Assembly: GCA_963669175.1 (NCBI GenBank)
Contig: OY769902.1
Location: 448,001-512,000, forward strand
Origin: a bacterium
GTDB lineage: Bacteria > Electryoneota > Electryoneia > Electryoneales > Electryoneaceae
Direction: 5' to 3'
DNA: 64,000 nt
The position numbers and the translations under genes are program-made. Numbering within the stretch: the stretch's first letter is position 1; the number at the start of each line of letters is the position of its first letter. Of this stretch, positions 49,859 to 59,817 are shown piece by piece. The notes below the pieces were generated by a model. It was not told where the DNA came from. It searched no databases and saw nothing but the letters and a program-made list of their open reading frames with translations.

Positions 49859-51505
49859 CTACTTCGGCCATTTTGCCGCAATCGGCATACGGCGTCCGGT
49901 GCCGAACGCCTTGGAAGTGACACGCAGGTTCGGGGCGGCCTGCTGACGTTTGTACTCGTTCAGGTTCACCGTGCGGATCACCCACGCGACCGTATCCGGC
50001 TCGTGTCCGGCAGCGATGATCTGCTGTGAATCCTCACCCGCCTCGAGGTAACGGTGCAGGATATCGTCGAGAACATCGTAGGGGGGCAGGCTGTCTTGGT
50101 CTACCTGGCCCTCCGCCAGCTCCGCGGAAGGCGGTTTCTCGATGATGATGTTCGGGATGACTTCTGTTTCACGGTTGTACCAGCGTGACAGCTCGTAAAC
50201 CGTAGTCTTGGGTAGATCGCTGATCACCGCAAGGCCGCCGTTCATGTCACCGTACAGGGTACAGTACCCCACCGCCAGTTCGCTTTTGTTACCTGTGGTC
50301 AGCAGCAGGGAACCGAACTTGTTGGAATAGGCCATGAGCAGGGTGCCACGAATCCTCGCCTGCAGGTTCTCCTCGGTCACATCCCGCTCTTTCCCGGCAA
50401 AACTGGGAGTCAACGCGGTATTGAACTGCTCGAAAATATCCGCGATAGGAACCTGATCACACACAATCCCCAGGTTCTTCGCCAGATCGAGCGAATCCTG
50501 CACAGAACCGGCGCTGGAAACACGAGAGGGCATGGTAACACCGCGCACATTCTCCGGCCCCAGCGCATCGGCCGCGATGCAGGCGGTCAGGGCGCTGTCG
50601 ATCCCGCCGGACAAGCCAAGCACAGCCGTCTTGAATCCGCATTTACGGAAATAGTCACGCACCCCAAGCACCAGCGCACGTCGCAGCATCTCAATTTCCG
50701 GAACATCGTTAATCACTGTAGATGTTCCCTTAGCCGCTACATCCACAATCTTGACATCCTCTTCGAAAGCGGCAAGACTGCCTATGATTTTACCTTCGCT
50801 GTCCACGGCAAAGCTGATGCCGTCAAACACGAGGTCGTCATTCGCTCCGGTCTGACCGATGAAAACAAACGGGGTGGACCATTTTTGCGCATGGAACGCG
50901 ATTCGCCTGTAGCGTTCATGTTCCTTCCCCCAGTGCCAGGGTGACGCGGACAGGTTGAACTGGATCTCCGCCCCTTCACGCGCCAGGGTCTCTATCGGGT
51001 TAATATCGTAGCGGTGTGTCTTTTCAAATTCCGGATCGTTCCAGGCATCCTCACAAATGGAAATGCCCAGCTTGTGACCGTGGAATTCAACAATATGCCC
51101 CTCATTACCTTCGTCGAAATACCGATCCTCATCGAACACGTCATAGGTCGGCAGCAATTGCTTGTTGACCTGGGCGACGACCTGACCATTCTCCAGCAGC
51201 AGAGCGCTGTTGTACAGGCCACGTCCGAATTCATTCGTATTGCGGGTGATGGTGCCTACCAGCAAGGGGAGATCGGGACGGCTGACGCTGAGTTGCCGCA
51301 CACGCTCGTTGGTCTCCTCAATACGCTTGATGAACCAGTCGAGGGCGAGCAGGTCGCGTGGCGGATACCCCACGAGACACAGTTCCGGTGTCACCAGCAG
51401 GTCTGCCGCGCCGGAGGAAATCCCTGCAATGGCGGTTTCCAAACGCTTCAGGTTGCCGTCAAGGTCACCAACTGTCGGATTCAACTGGGCAATGGCAATT
51501 TTCAT
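49859..51505 (-). CDS. nadE: Glutamine-dependent NAD+ synthetase
   Basis: Nitrilase domain (PELCLVGYPP, ICEDAW); GLSGGIDS, ENLQARIRG, TGNKSE, PPSAEL, EYKRQQ. Confidence 0.96.
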   Translation of the reverse strand: MKIAIAQLNPTVGDLDGNLKRLETAIAGISSGAADLLVTPELCLVGYPPRDLLALDWFIKRIEETNERVRQLSVSRPDLPLLVGTITRNTNEFGRGLYNSALLLENGQVVAQVNKQLLPTYDVFDEDRYFDEGNEGHIVEFHGHKLGISICEDAWNDPEFEKTHRYDINPIETLAREGAEIQFNLSASPWHWGKEHERYRRIAFHAQKWSTPFVFIGQTGANDDLVFDGISFAVDSEGKIIGSLAAFEEDVKIVDVAAKGTSTVINDVPEIEMLRRALVLGVRDYFRKCGFKTAVLGLSGGIDSALTACIAADALGPENVRGVTMPSRVSSAGSVQDSLDLAKNLGIVCDQVPIADIFEQFNTALTPSFAGKERDVTEENLQARIRGTLLMAYSNKFGSLLLTTGNKSELAVGYCTLYGDMNGGLAVISDLPKTTVYELSRWYNRETEVIPNIIIEKPPSAELAEGQVDQDSLPPYDVLDDILHRYLEAGEDSQQIIAAGHEPDTVAWVIRTVNLNEYKRQQAAPNLRVTSKAFGTGRRMPIAAKWPK

Positions 51506-51614
51506 CCGTCTCTCACTTCGGTTTGCTGGCTTTGCTTACTGTCAGGTCACACGTGTAAACAACACACGCAAGACCTGACAGAACATTGTACTTACCCATA
51601 AATACTCAATAGAC

Positions 51615-51897
51615 TCTCATCCCAGCGAAGGCTGGGATCCAGGCAAGTATCGACAAAATAACAAGTTGGACATATACTCAGCATTCAATGTACCGCGTTT
51701 CTCAAAAACACTTAACCTCTTGTGATATCGCAACATGACTGGATCCCAGCCTTCGCTGGGATGAGAACATCAGTGATTCTAATACAGTCTGCTTTGTTCA
51801 CGGCTGTATTTCGCACCCCGCAAGCTTCACTTCGCTACGGTTCGCTGGGATGAGAGCATCAGTAATTCTGATACAGTCTGCATCGCTGGGATGAGAG
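51615..51897. repeat. REPIN-like inverted pair plus tandem partial copies
   Basis: TCTCATCCCAGCGAAGGCTGGGATCCAG (51615-51642) is perfectly inverted at 51739-51766; CGCTGGGATGAGA recurs at about 51843 and 51884. Confidence 0.8.
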
Positions 51898-51956
51898 TGT
51901 CGCTGATTTTCATTCTATCGATTTCGTGCAGGATTGGGAATCATCTTGAAACTATT

Positions 51957-52598
51957 TCACCTCCTGCACAACTCGATCCCCTTGGACGCCATATTGCTCA
52001 ATTGCATGAATATCTTCGGTACAAAGGTATCCCGGTCCGGGGTAATCACCTCAAATCCGACCTCACGCAGGCGGTCCGGAAAATCGAAACCATAGCGGCG
52101 GACATGGTCCTTGATGCCGTACAAACGTACCCGATCTTCATCTGTAATTGCCGACGGATCTTCAAAAGTAACCTGCGTCGTCACCGGAACCGCGATCAGG
52201 GCATACCCGCCGGGTTTCAGCACACGATACAATTCGCTGATCGCCAACCGGTCCTCAACCACATGCTCCAACACATGGCTGCACATCACCATGTCAAAGG
52301 ATGCGTCCGGGAAACGAATATCCCTGATATCCATCTTGATGGCGCCTCGCTCATTATAGAGATCAGCCGTGACATATTCAACGCCCGGAATCTGCCGGAT
52401 GCGAGCCGCAATGGACGGAGCCGGTCCGAATTCGAGGATACGCTTGGGAGCGCCATCCATGAGCGGGCTGCGTTCTTCCAGCAACACCCAAGTATAACGA
52501 TGCCGTTCCAGCGATTTGCATACCGGGCATTTCGCGTTGGCACGTTTCCCCATCGGGGTGAACGCCTGTACCTGGCTGAGACAGATCGGACAGAACAT
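51957..52598 (-). CDS. Class I SAM-dependent methyltransferase with N-terminal Cys-rich ribbon
   Basis: CPIC...CPVCKSLERHR; LEFGP; CSHVLEHV; RVLKPGG; DHVRRYG. Confidence 0.9.
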   Translation of the reverse strand: MFCPICLSQVQAFTPMGKRANAKCPVCKSLERHRYTWVLLEERSPLMDGAPKRILEFGPAPSIAARIRQIPGVEYVTADLYNERGAIKMDIRDIRFPDASFDMVMCSHVLEHVVEDRLAISELYRVLKPGGYALIAVPVTTQVTFEDPSAITDEDRVRLYGIKDHVRRYGFDFPDRLREVGFEVITPDRDTFVPKIFMQLSNMASKGIELCRR

Positions 52599-52606
52599 GA
52601 AGTTTC

Positions 52607-53926
52607 CTATCGGTTAATCCTTGCCGATTCGACTTCCTGCACTAATTGACGAACCTCCGGATGATCCGGCGTGATTTGACGAGCTGCGTCCAAATGTTGC
52701 GCCGCCTGTTCAAACTTGCCACGTGACAGGAAATGACGCGCCATTCGCAACCGTCCCGCCAGATCAGTCTGTATGCTATCATCAACAGTGGTCTCAGACT
52801 GCGTGGCCTTGATACTCAAGTGCGTGGCCCGGGTGTCTGCACCCGGGAACTGCTGTGAACCAGCCTGATGCACCACCCTGAGCGCCGCATCCACCACATT
52901 CGCCGCTGCATTCCCCGTACGATCCGCCAGCAGTTGATCCGCGTAATGTTGCCTTGCCGCAGCGTATTCGCCTGGATTCTGCAGGCTGCGATCAATGGCT
53001 TGTTTTACTTCGTCCAGATCTGTCGTTTCGATTCCGATCTTATCCCGCCAGACATATTCAATATCACGCGGATCGTAGTTGACATAGGTATGCGTGTTGG
53101 GATTATTGAACAGCACTACCGGCTTGTTCAGGGCAATGAATTCCATCATCACGCTCGACACATCGGTGAGCATGACATCGGCCAGCAACATCCATGGCGC
53201 GATATCCTGGTCTTCCACATAAATCACATTGGGAATTTTCGCTCCCAGCTCACGATAGGCCCGCTTGAATTCGGGCAGGGTCGAGCCATGCAACTTGATC
53301 ACCAGGTAACGGTCCGGCCCGGCCAGTTCAGCGACACGCATCCACAACATCGGGATCGCGCTCAGTTCCATGTTGAAGGTCGGCGCGAACAGGATGACCT
53401 TTTTCGAGGCATCCAGCCCGGCCATACGAAACAACTCGGCTCGTTCAATGGCTGCGGAACGAAACAGGCTGTCCAACTTGGGGAATCCGGTCGCTTCTAC
53501 GGGAATCGTTACTTTGCCGCTGGACAACAGGCGTTCACGGTGATACGGTCCCGGCACACAGAGCAGGTCAGAATCATTCTCGCGCTGGATAATATCCCGG
53601 TCGGTGAAATATTGCCCCTTGGACAGAAGGCCGTGACCCACGTTGACAATCTTGCCGCATCCCTTCAGCAACGGGGCGACATTGTCCGCCATGAACGCCA
53701 TTTCCGGACGCCACTGCCGGGGCGCGTCCACGAAAGACACCTGTGCGTAAGCCTTGCGAAACGCCTGTTCTTCTTCCGGGGGAAAACCGGCACGGATATT
53801 CCGGTCATACGGGTAGACGGTGAATGAGCAGTCAAACCCGCCACGCCGCTGAAGTTCCTCCCAGATGGGAAGCAACACCGGAACGTGGACGTTCTTAAAG
53901 AATAACAGGTTTACACGCATGCTCAT
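52607..53926 (-). CDS. CDP-glycerol glycerophosphotransferase (TagB/TagF-like) family protein with C-terminal TPR
   Basis: NVGHG, TGFPKLD, ILFAPTF, IKLHG, TDVSSV, KPVV. Confidence 0.85.
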   Translation of the reverse strand: MSMRVNLLFFKNVHVPVLLPIWEELQRRGGFDCSFTVYPYDRNIRAGFPPEEEQAFRKAYAQVSFVDAPRQWRPEMAFMADNVAPLLKGCGKIVNVGHGLLSKGQYFTDRDIIQRENDSDLLCVPGPYHRERLLSSGKVTIPVEATGFPKLDSLFRSAAIERAELFRMAGLDASKKVILFAPTFNMELSAIPMLWMRVAELAGPDRYLVIKLHGSTLPEFKRAYRELGAKIPNVIYVEDQDIAPWMLLADVMLTDVSSVMMEFIALNKPVVLFNNPNTHTYVNYDPRDIEYVWRDKIGIETTDLDEVKQAIDRSLQNPGEYAAARQHYADQLLADRTGNAAANVVDAALRVVHQAGSQQFPGADTRATHLSIKATQSETTVDDSIQTDLAGRLRMARHFLSRGKFEQAAQHLDAARQITPDHPEVRQLVQEVESARINR

Positions 53927-56900
53927 TTCACCGCAGCCTCGTTCAGTTCTTTCACCAGTTGACGTAACCCGGGTGAATCCTCCCCGGCGTCCAACGCTTC
54001 CTGAAGATGATGTTTCGCCTTTTCAAGATTTCCCTTCTGCTGATAATGACGGATGAGGCGTTCACGTTTGCCGTCACCGGCAGCAGATCGAGGAACCTTT
54101 TGACTCACCTTAATTGGCGGATGTGGTTCTGGCTTTACCGTTTGCTTCCATAGCAGAACGTCCAATGTCACCAAGGGTTGTGTATCAAACCGTGGTTCAC
54201 GGTTATCTTGCAAAGCTGTCCTTATCGCCTTCCAACCGGAAGAATCACGTTTCCATGCACCACAACGCCAGTTGACCGTTCCCTTCACTGCCACATGCTG
54301 CCCCTGGAAACTGCCCAATAATACCGGTGGAATGCCTTCCGGATCATTCATCAGGTTTCTGTTCTGATCCACAGGGATCAAGCCCTGGGGCGGTTTTTCT
54401 CCGAGATAACGCGGTACTACTCCCGAAGCTGTATCATCACTGTCCAGATGATTCAACAGGTGAAACAGCCAACGATCAGCGCTGGTAAAATCGTTGTCAT
54501 GGAGAAGGATGTATTCTTCATCCAGCATCTCCAGATCATCCGGCCGGATATAACGATACGGTTCAGGTAAGGGATTATCGGAAGTATTGCCTTCATCGAG
54601 AACATACGGATGAACCCGAGTTTGTGCCATGAACTGCAATTGTTCGAACGACGGCAACCGGTCCGCCGAGTGGAACAACACGGCGACATTCCTGTTCCAA
54701 CCGCTTCCCCGTAATTCAGGATCGCCCTGCACCAGCCGCCACATCTGGTTGACTATACGTTCTGCCGCACGGCCATCCGTGGGAATCTGCAACAGTTCAC
54801 GGTAATATGCTCTTCGTTCCGCATTCGCTTCGGGGTGTTCCAGCGCCGTGTCCACAGCTTGAAGCAGTTCTTCAAGGTCATTCGCCTCGTGCGCCATATC
54901 CCGCCAGGCCCATTCCATGTCCTTGGGATCATAGTTGGCATAATCGGGGGCGTTGGGATTACTGAACAGCGCCACCGGTTTATCCAGCAACATGGCCTCA
55001 AATGCTACCGAGGAGACATCCGAGACCACCACATCCGCGATTGCCAGGTATGGTGTGATGTCGATATCCGTGAGCATGATGATATTGTCGTGTGTTTCCG
55101 CCAGCTTTTCATGATGCTCCCTGAAAGCGGGCATGGTGCCGCCATGCAGCTTGATCAGGAGATAACGGTCTTCGGTTGCGAGATGACGAATCCGCATCCA
55201 GACAATCGGGATAGCGCTCAGGGAAATATTGAAGGTCGGGGCATACAGAATCACCTTTTTCGAGGGATCGAGCTTCATACTGCGAAGTTGTGCTTCCCGC
55301 GAGGGCAACGAGCCATTAAATAGACGATCCAACTTGGAGAACCCGGTGACCTCCACCGGGATGTGAACATTGCCCCCCTGTAAGAGGCGATCACGGTGGT
55401 ACATCCCCGGCACACACAGAAGGTGTTCAAGGTTTTCCCTGCGGGTGAAAGCGGCGTCAGTGAAATACTGCCCTTTGGAAATCAAGCCATGCCCGACATT
55501 GATGATAGAACGGCATTTCGGTAAAAACTGGGCGAAGTTATCCGCCATGAACCCGACATCCGCGTTCAACTGGTCAGCATTGTCATGAACCGGGAAACCA
55601 AGTTGTAACAGCTTTTTCCGTTCCGATGTCTCCGGTGGCGAGACCAGTTCAATGTCGATTCTCGCATCCTGCGCCAGTCTCTTCAGGATAGACATCAGTA
55701 CCGGCACATGCACATTGCGTAGGAACAGGAACACCACTTTCAGCGGTTTCTTGCCATCGCCCTTGTGGTCCGGCCCTTTCACCGGTTCCTGCTGTTTGGG
55801 AGCAGTCGAAGTTGACAATAGTTCGTCATACAATTTCAGTGTAGCTTCGACATCAGATTCTACCGTTCTAGGTTGTTCTGTGTTCTCCGCATATCGTTGC
55901 GCTCGCTGCGGATCATTGGCGATCAAGAGTAATTGCTCCTGTAACGATTCCACCGATTCGCTCTCGAACAGGAGACCATTGACATCATGCTCGACCATCT
56001 CCGGAATACCACCAACTCGTGAACCGATCACCGGGGTACGGTTCATGAAGGCTTCCAGTACGGTTGTCGGGTAGTTGTCCATCCGTGACGGCACCACCGC
56101 CACATCAACCGTAGCATACAGTTCAGGCAATTTCTCCGGTTCATAAGGACCATGCCAGGTCACATTGGGCAAACGGTCTACCACATCCATGACCCGGGCG
56201 CCGTAATCCTGCTCGTAGATCTTCCCGTGTAATTCCAAACGGCAATCCTTCAATCCCGGATGAGCAAACGCCTGCACCAGCAGGTCAACTCCCTTTCGAA
56301 GGATGACCTGTCCGAAGAAACCGAATACTGGCCGGGAACGGCTGGGTTTGGGAACGGGCTCCTGGTATCGGAGTCCGTTGCGATGCACACGCACCCCGGT
56401 CATGCCGTACCGGGCAAACCTGTCCGCGAGGAACTGGCTGGGAGCTACCGCCATGTCCAGCAATTGGAAGGATTGTGACATGACCTGACGTCGCACTGCC
56501 TGGTAATCCGTAGCGAAGGGCATATGTTTCGGATCGAACTCACGCAGGAAACGATTCAGGTAGCAGTTCGCGCATTTTTCCGGTGTCTCCGGTCCACTGC
56601 AAGCACGTTGTTTGTCATCCACCATATGCCAGCTATCGCACAACAACCAGAAATCATGCAACGTCATTAACGTCGGCAACCCGGCATTCTTCAACGCCAG
56701 CAGAACAGAGGCTGACATCTGACCCAGGCCATGCACATGAACCAGGTCATAGCTACGTCCCTGCAACCAGTCGCTGACCACTTTTTCTATATCTTCGTTG
56801 ATGTATTTCTGATGTTCATGGCTGGACGGTTTCGGAAGCTGGAAAACATTCAGGCCTTCAAAGTTGTCCTGCTGAATGGTGTAATGAAGCAATGGCTCGC

Positions 56901-58275
56901 CACGGAACAACGGATACAACACATCGACATGAATATTGTGCGCCGTGAGCTGTTTCGCCATCTGCAAGGCGTAAAGCTGCGCCCCGGCATAGCGGTGTGG
57001 CGGGAAGTCGTGACAGACAAACAAAATTCGCATGTCAGGATTGGATAAACGAGCTGTCGTTGCTTGAACTGCCGTTTTGCCGGTCGCCAGCGGATTGGGG
57101 ATGCTCAAGACACGGTTGACCGCCTCACGATTTATCACCCGTTCCGGCATGACCAGTGACGAATCAGCCGGTTCTGTCTGATCAAGTAACTCTTCACGGT
57201 AAATCGACGGATTACTGCGAATAATCTGGCGCTTGGCCTGGATAAAACGTTCGCTGTTTTCCTGCAAGCCGGCCAGCATGGAATCGTTCTGACGGCGGTA
57301 GAAAAACAGCGGTTCCGGCAACTGTACCGGCCTGTATCCTTTCAGGGATGCCCGAACCCAGAATTCCCAGTCCTCGAAGCCGAGTCGCATCTCTTCATGC
57401 AACCCGCCCAAGTCATCAAACATGGTCTTGCGCACCAGCGAGGTGCAATTGAATTGGTTCCGCTGTACCAGTTCCTGCAGGTTGTACGGCGCAAACGCGA
57501 AAAGGCGGTTGATCTGGCCGAATTGAACCGTCATCCCGGCAATCCAGCCCGCCTCGGGATACTCTTCCGCTGCACTCAAAGTTGATTCAAGAAAAGTCGG
57601 CGCCACCAGGTCATCTGCGTCGAGGAATACCAGAAATTCACCTTTCGCGTGATTCGCCCCGGTGTTGCGTGCGGCGGGAAGCCCACAGTTCTGTTCGTGG
57701 CGCACCAAATGTATCCGATCATACAAGGGAGCTGCCAGTTCTTCGATCCCGGCTCGAGCTGCCATGCTGGAGCCATCATCCACTAACACAATTTCCCAGC
57801 GTGGATCCGTCTGGTTCCGGATGGATTCCAGCGTTTCCTGCAGGTAATCGGTGTTTTCGTAGACCGGGACGATAAAGCTTGCCAGACAGGGTTGGCCGGG
57901 TTGATCTGATACGGATTGCGGTGACTTGAAAATGACGTCCCTCACCCACTCAATAATACGAGGCGCATCCCAGAACGAAGCGAAACAGCGGAAAGTGTTA
58001 GTCCAGTCCGGGGTGCCGAAAGCCTGTTTCCCCAGCGTGAGATAGGCATCTTCACGGATGTTGCGGTAGTTTTCCCCGAGCTGACGTTCGATTTCACGGA
58101 ACAGGCGTACCACTTGAGCGTTGGACGGGTCGGTACGGAGCGCTTCTTCCAGAGACTGAAGCGCACGGTCATGCTGCTGATGTTGCCATGCCTCCTGGAA
58201 TCGCGCCACCAGCATCGCCGCTGCCTCACGTTTTTCCCTGTCCGGAAGAAATCTACTGTCTGCCCTGTTTTCCAC
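53923..58275 (-). CDS. Multidomain glycosyltransferase: TPR + GT2 + GT4 + TagF-like domain + degenerate domain + TPR
   Basis: GT2 (VDDGS, ARNTG, FLDADD, FEDWEFW); GT4 (TLHDFW, RKGVD, VLEAF, GGIPEMV); TagF-like (NVGHG, YAPTF, SDVSS). Start uncertain (GTG 58275 chosen; ORF extends to 58350). Confidence 0.88.
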   Translation of the reverse strand: MENRADSRFLPDREKREAAAMLVARFQEAWQHQQHDRALQSLEEALRTDPSNAQVVRLFREIERQLGENYRNIREDAYLTLGKQAFGTPDWTNTFRCFASFWDAPRIIEWVRDVIFKSPQSVSDQPGQPCLASFIVPVYENTDYLQETLESIRNQTDPRWEIVLVDDGSSMAARAGIEELAAPLYDRIHLVRHEQNCGLPAARNTGANHAKGEFLVFLDADDLVAPTFLESTLSAAEEYPEAGWIAGMTVQFGQINRLFAFAPYNLQELVQRNQFNCTSLVRKTMFDDLGGLHEEMRLGFEDWEFWVRASLKGYRPVQLPEPLFFYRRQNDSMLAGLQENSERFIQAKRQIIRSNPSIYREELLDQTEPADSSLVMPERVINREAVNRVLSIPNPLATGKTAVQATTARLSNPDMRILFVCHDFPPHRYAGAQLYALQMAKQLTAHNIHVDVLYPLFRGEPLLHYTIQQDNFEGLNVFQLPKPSSHEHQKYINEDIEKVVSDWLQGRSYDLVHVHGLGQMSASVLLALKNAGLPTLMTLHDFWLLCDSWHMVDDKQRACSGPETPEKCANCYLNRFLREFDPKHMPFATDYQAVRRQVMSQSFQLLDMAVAPSQFLADRFARYGMTGVRVHRNGLRYQEPVPKPSRSRPVFGFFGQVILRKGVDLLVQAFAHPGLKDCRLELHGKIYEQDYGARVMDVVDRLPNVTWHGPYEPEKLPELYATVDVAVVPSRMDNYPTTVLEAFMNRTPVIGSRVGGIPEMVEHDVNGLLFESESVESLQEQLLLIANDPQRAQRYAENTEQPRTVESDVEATLKLYDELLSTSTAPKQQEPVKGPDHKGDGKKPLKVVFLFLRNVHVPVLMSILKRLAQDARIDIELVSPPETSERKKLLQLGFPVHDNADQLNADVGFMADNFAQFLPKCRSIINVGHGLISKGQYFTDAAFTRRENLEHLLCVPGMYHRDRLLQGGNVHIPVEVTGFSKLDRLFNGSLPSREAQLRSMKLDPSKKVILYAPTFNISLSAIPIVWMRIRHLATEDRYLLIKLHGGTMPAFREHHEKLAETHDNIIMLTDIDITPYLAIADVVVSDVSSVAFEAMLLDKPVALFSNPNAPDYANYDPKDMEWAWRDMAHEANDLEELLQAVDTALEHPEANAERRAYYRELLQIPTDGRAAERIVNQMWRLVQGDPELRGSGWNRNVAVLFHSADRLPSFEQLQFMAQTRVHPYVLDEGNTSDNPLPEPYRYIRPDDLEMLDEEYILLHDNDFTSADRWLFHLLNHLDSDDTASGVVPRYLGEKPPQGLIPVDQNRNLMNDPEGIPPVLLGSFQGQHVAVKGTVNWRCGAWKRDSSGWKAIRTALQDNREPRFDTQPLVTLDVLLWKQTVKPEPHPPIKVSQKVPRSAAGDGKRERLIRHYQQKGNLEKAKHHLQEALDAGEDSPGLRQLVKELNEAAVK

Positions 58276-58335
58276 TCCAACACCTTGTAAAACACTTTTT
58301 TGAATGACTGTCCAAAGATCCAATACTTCTTGTTT

Positions 58336-58538
58336 CACGCAAAGACGCAAAGGCGCAAAGAAAAGAATTAGCAGGATAATAGGATAATAGGATAACTGAA
58401 GGATAATAAAACATAAAGCATTGAAAAAAATAACATTAAAATTCTTTTTGTTTTATCTTTGCCATCCTTATTATCCTGTCTATCTTGTAAATTCAATAAA
58501 TCTTATCCTTGATATCCTTCTATCCTATCATCCTGTGA
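58336..58538. repeat. Low-complexity AGGATA/TATCCT inverted-repeat region with CGCAAAG triplet
   Basis: CGCAAAGACGCAAAGGCGCAAAG, then AGGATAAT repeats, then complementary TATCCT repeats. Confidence 0.7.
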
Positions 58539-58551
58539 AACCTGTGAGTAA

Positions 58552-59247
58552 TTAGAATTCGTACTTGAAGAAATCGATGTCCACCGCGTAGCGTTGACGC
58601 ACCAGTTCGCGTGTTTCTTCGTTGTACCATGTCCGGTAATCATGCGGATCACGTTGTTTCAGGCTCGCCGTATCCCCGGTCCAGCCATCACGTGTGTTCA
58701 ATACCGGCAATTCCAGTGATCCCAATCCCAGTTGCCGGGTGATCTTCCGGAAATCATCTTCCAGGTTCTCCACCTTGCCGATATAGTCCACCAGAACCTG
58801 CCCCTTTTCATCGATCAGGAATAGGTGCTGGCTGGCCCAGTGACGATCTGCATGGGAGTCTGAACCCTGCGGATGTTCCACCAGGAAGTGCACGAACTCC
58901 TCGAATCCCATGCCATCACGTAACCCAGGATACCGCTCGGCGAACATCAGCTTCACCTTTTCACGGGTGGTTTTGATCTTGTTCTGATAAGTTGAAACCA
59001 CTCGTGACCACGGATTGCGCACAAAGGTGAACTTGAAATAGTCACGGACACGCGGATCCGCCTGGAGAATAAAACGCAATTCCTCGTTCACCTGGCGAGC
59101 GCCGAAATCCATCGGTGGTTCACGATACAACAGGGTCAGGATACTGCGTGTCGCGGACTTGGGCACCCCCACCCAGATGAAACGGTACTTGTCCGAAACC
59201 AGCTTTTCACTCTTCAGGTCCGGTATGGCATGAACGATATCGGTCAC
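58552..59247 (-). CDS. Sulfotransferase family 2 protein
   Basis: 5'-PSB VPKSATRS; 3'-PB FVRNPWSRVVSTY; HWASQ; IGKVENL; GGAG RBS before GTG 59247. Confidence 0.9.
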   Translation of the reverse strand: MTDIVHAIPDLKSEKLVSDKYRFIWVGVPKSATRSILTLLYREPPMDFGARQVNEELRFILQADPRVRDYFKFTFVRNPWSRVVSTYQNKIKTTREKVKLMFAERYPGLRDGMGFEEFVHFLVEHPQGSDSHADRHWASQHLFLIDEKGQVLVDYIGKVENLEDDFRKITRQLGLGSLELPVLNTRDGWTGDTASLKQRDPHDYRTWYNEETRELVRQRYAVDIDFFKYEF

Positions 59248-59311
59248 GTCAATCTCCAATGTTACTCTCAAAGCGTGCTGTTTCCAGCGAAAAGAAAGAA
59301 TAATACCCAAT

Positions 59312-59483
59312 TTGGCCCCGCCGGCTTGTCCGGCGGCGGTCTATTTTAATTAGATCAAAGGATTATTCCTTCAGTAGTAAGTCGTATACATTTATCATTC
59401 TCAATAGATTCCAAAACAGCTGAAGGAATATCTTCTTCACTTTATTTAGAATAGACCGCAGCCGGACAAGCCGGCGGGGCCAA
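59312..59483. repeat. REPIN/MITE-like element, copy 1
   Basis: 38-bp near-perfect terminal inverted repeat TTGGCCCCGCCGGCTTGTCCGGCGGCGGTCTATTTTAA around an AT-rich core. Confidence 0.8.
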
Positions 59484-59519
59484 TAGTATCGTCAGTATAG
59501 TATCGTCAGTTCTGTATCC

Positions 59520-59600
59520 TTGCCATCCTTATTATCCTGTCCATCCTGTAAATTCAGTCAAGTCTTATCCTTGATATCCTTCTATCCTATTATCCTGTGA
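59520..59600. repeat. ~80-bp direct repeat of 58459-58538
   Basis: TTGCCATCCTTATTATCCTGTC...TCTTATCCTTGATATCCTTCTATCCTAT..TCCTGTGA is present in both places. Confidence 0.85.
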
Positions 59601-59606
59601 GTCTAA

Positions 59607-59799
59607 TCAGGCACCCATGTACTTCTGTTTGAATGCCGCGATTTGATCATCCCGGTCCGCATCAGCAGGAAATCGATCACATCGGTTTTCAGCTTGATCC
59701 CACCTTCCCCATCTGGTAGATGAGCACTGGACCACATTGAGTGGATTTTTCCTGCTGTTCGACAGTTGCTGCTTTTGCTTGTGCCATCGCTTCACTCAT
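59607..59799 (-). pseudogene. Internally deleted remnant of a capsular-polysaccharide-synthesis (sulfotransferase-like) gene
   Basis: ATG 59799 with GAGGGG RBS gives MSEAMAQAKAATVEQQEKSTQCGPVLIYQMGKVGSS stop; a different frame ends DDQIAAFKQKYMGA. Confidence 0.6.
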
Positions 59800-59817
59800 G
59801 TATCTTGCATCCCCTCG

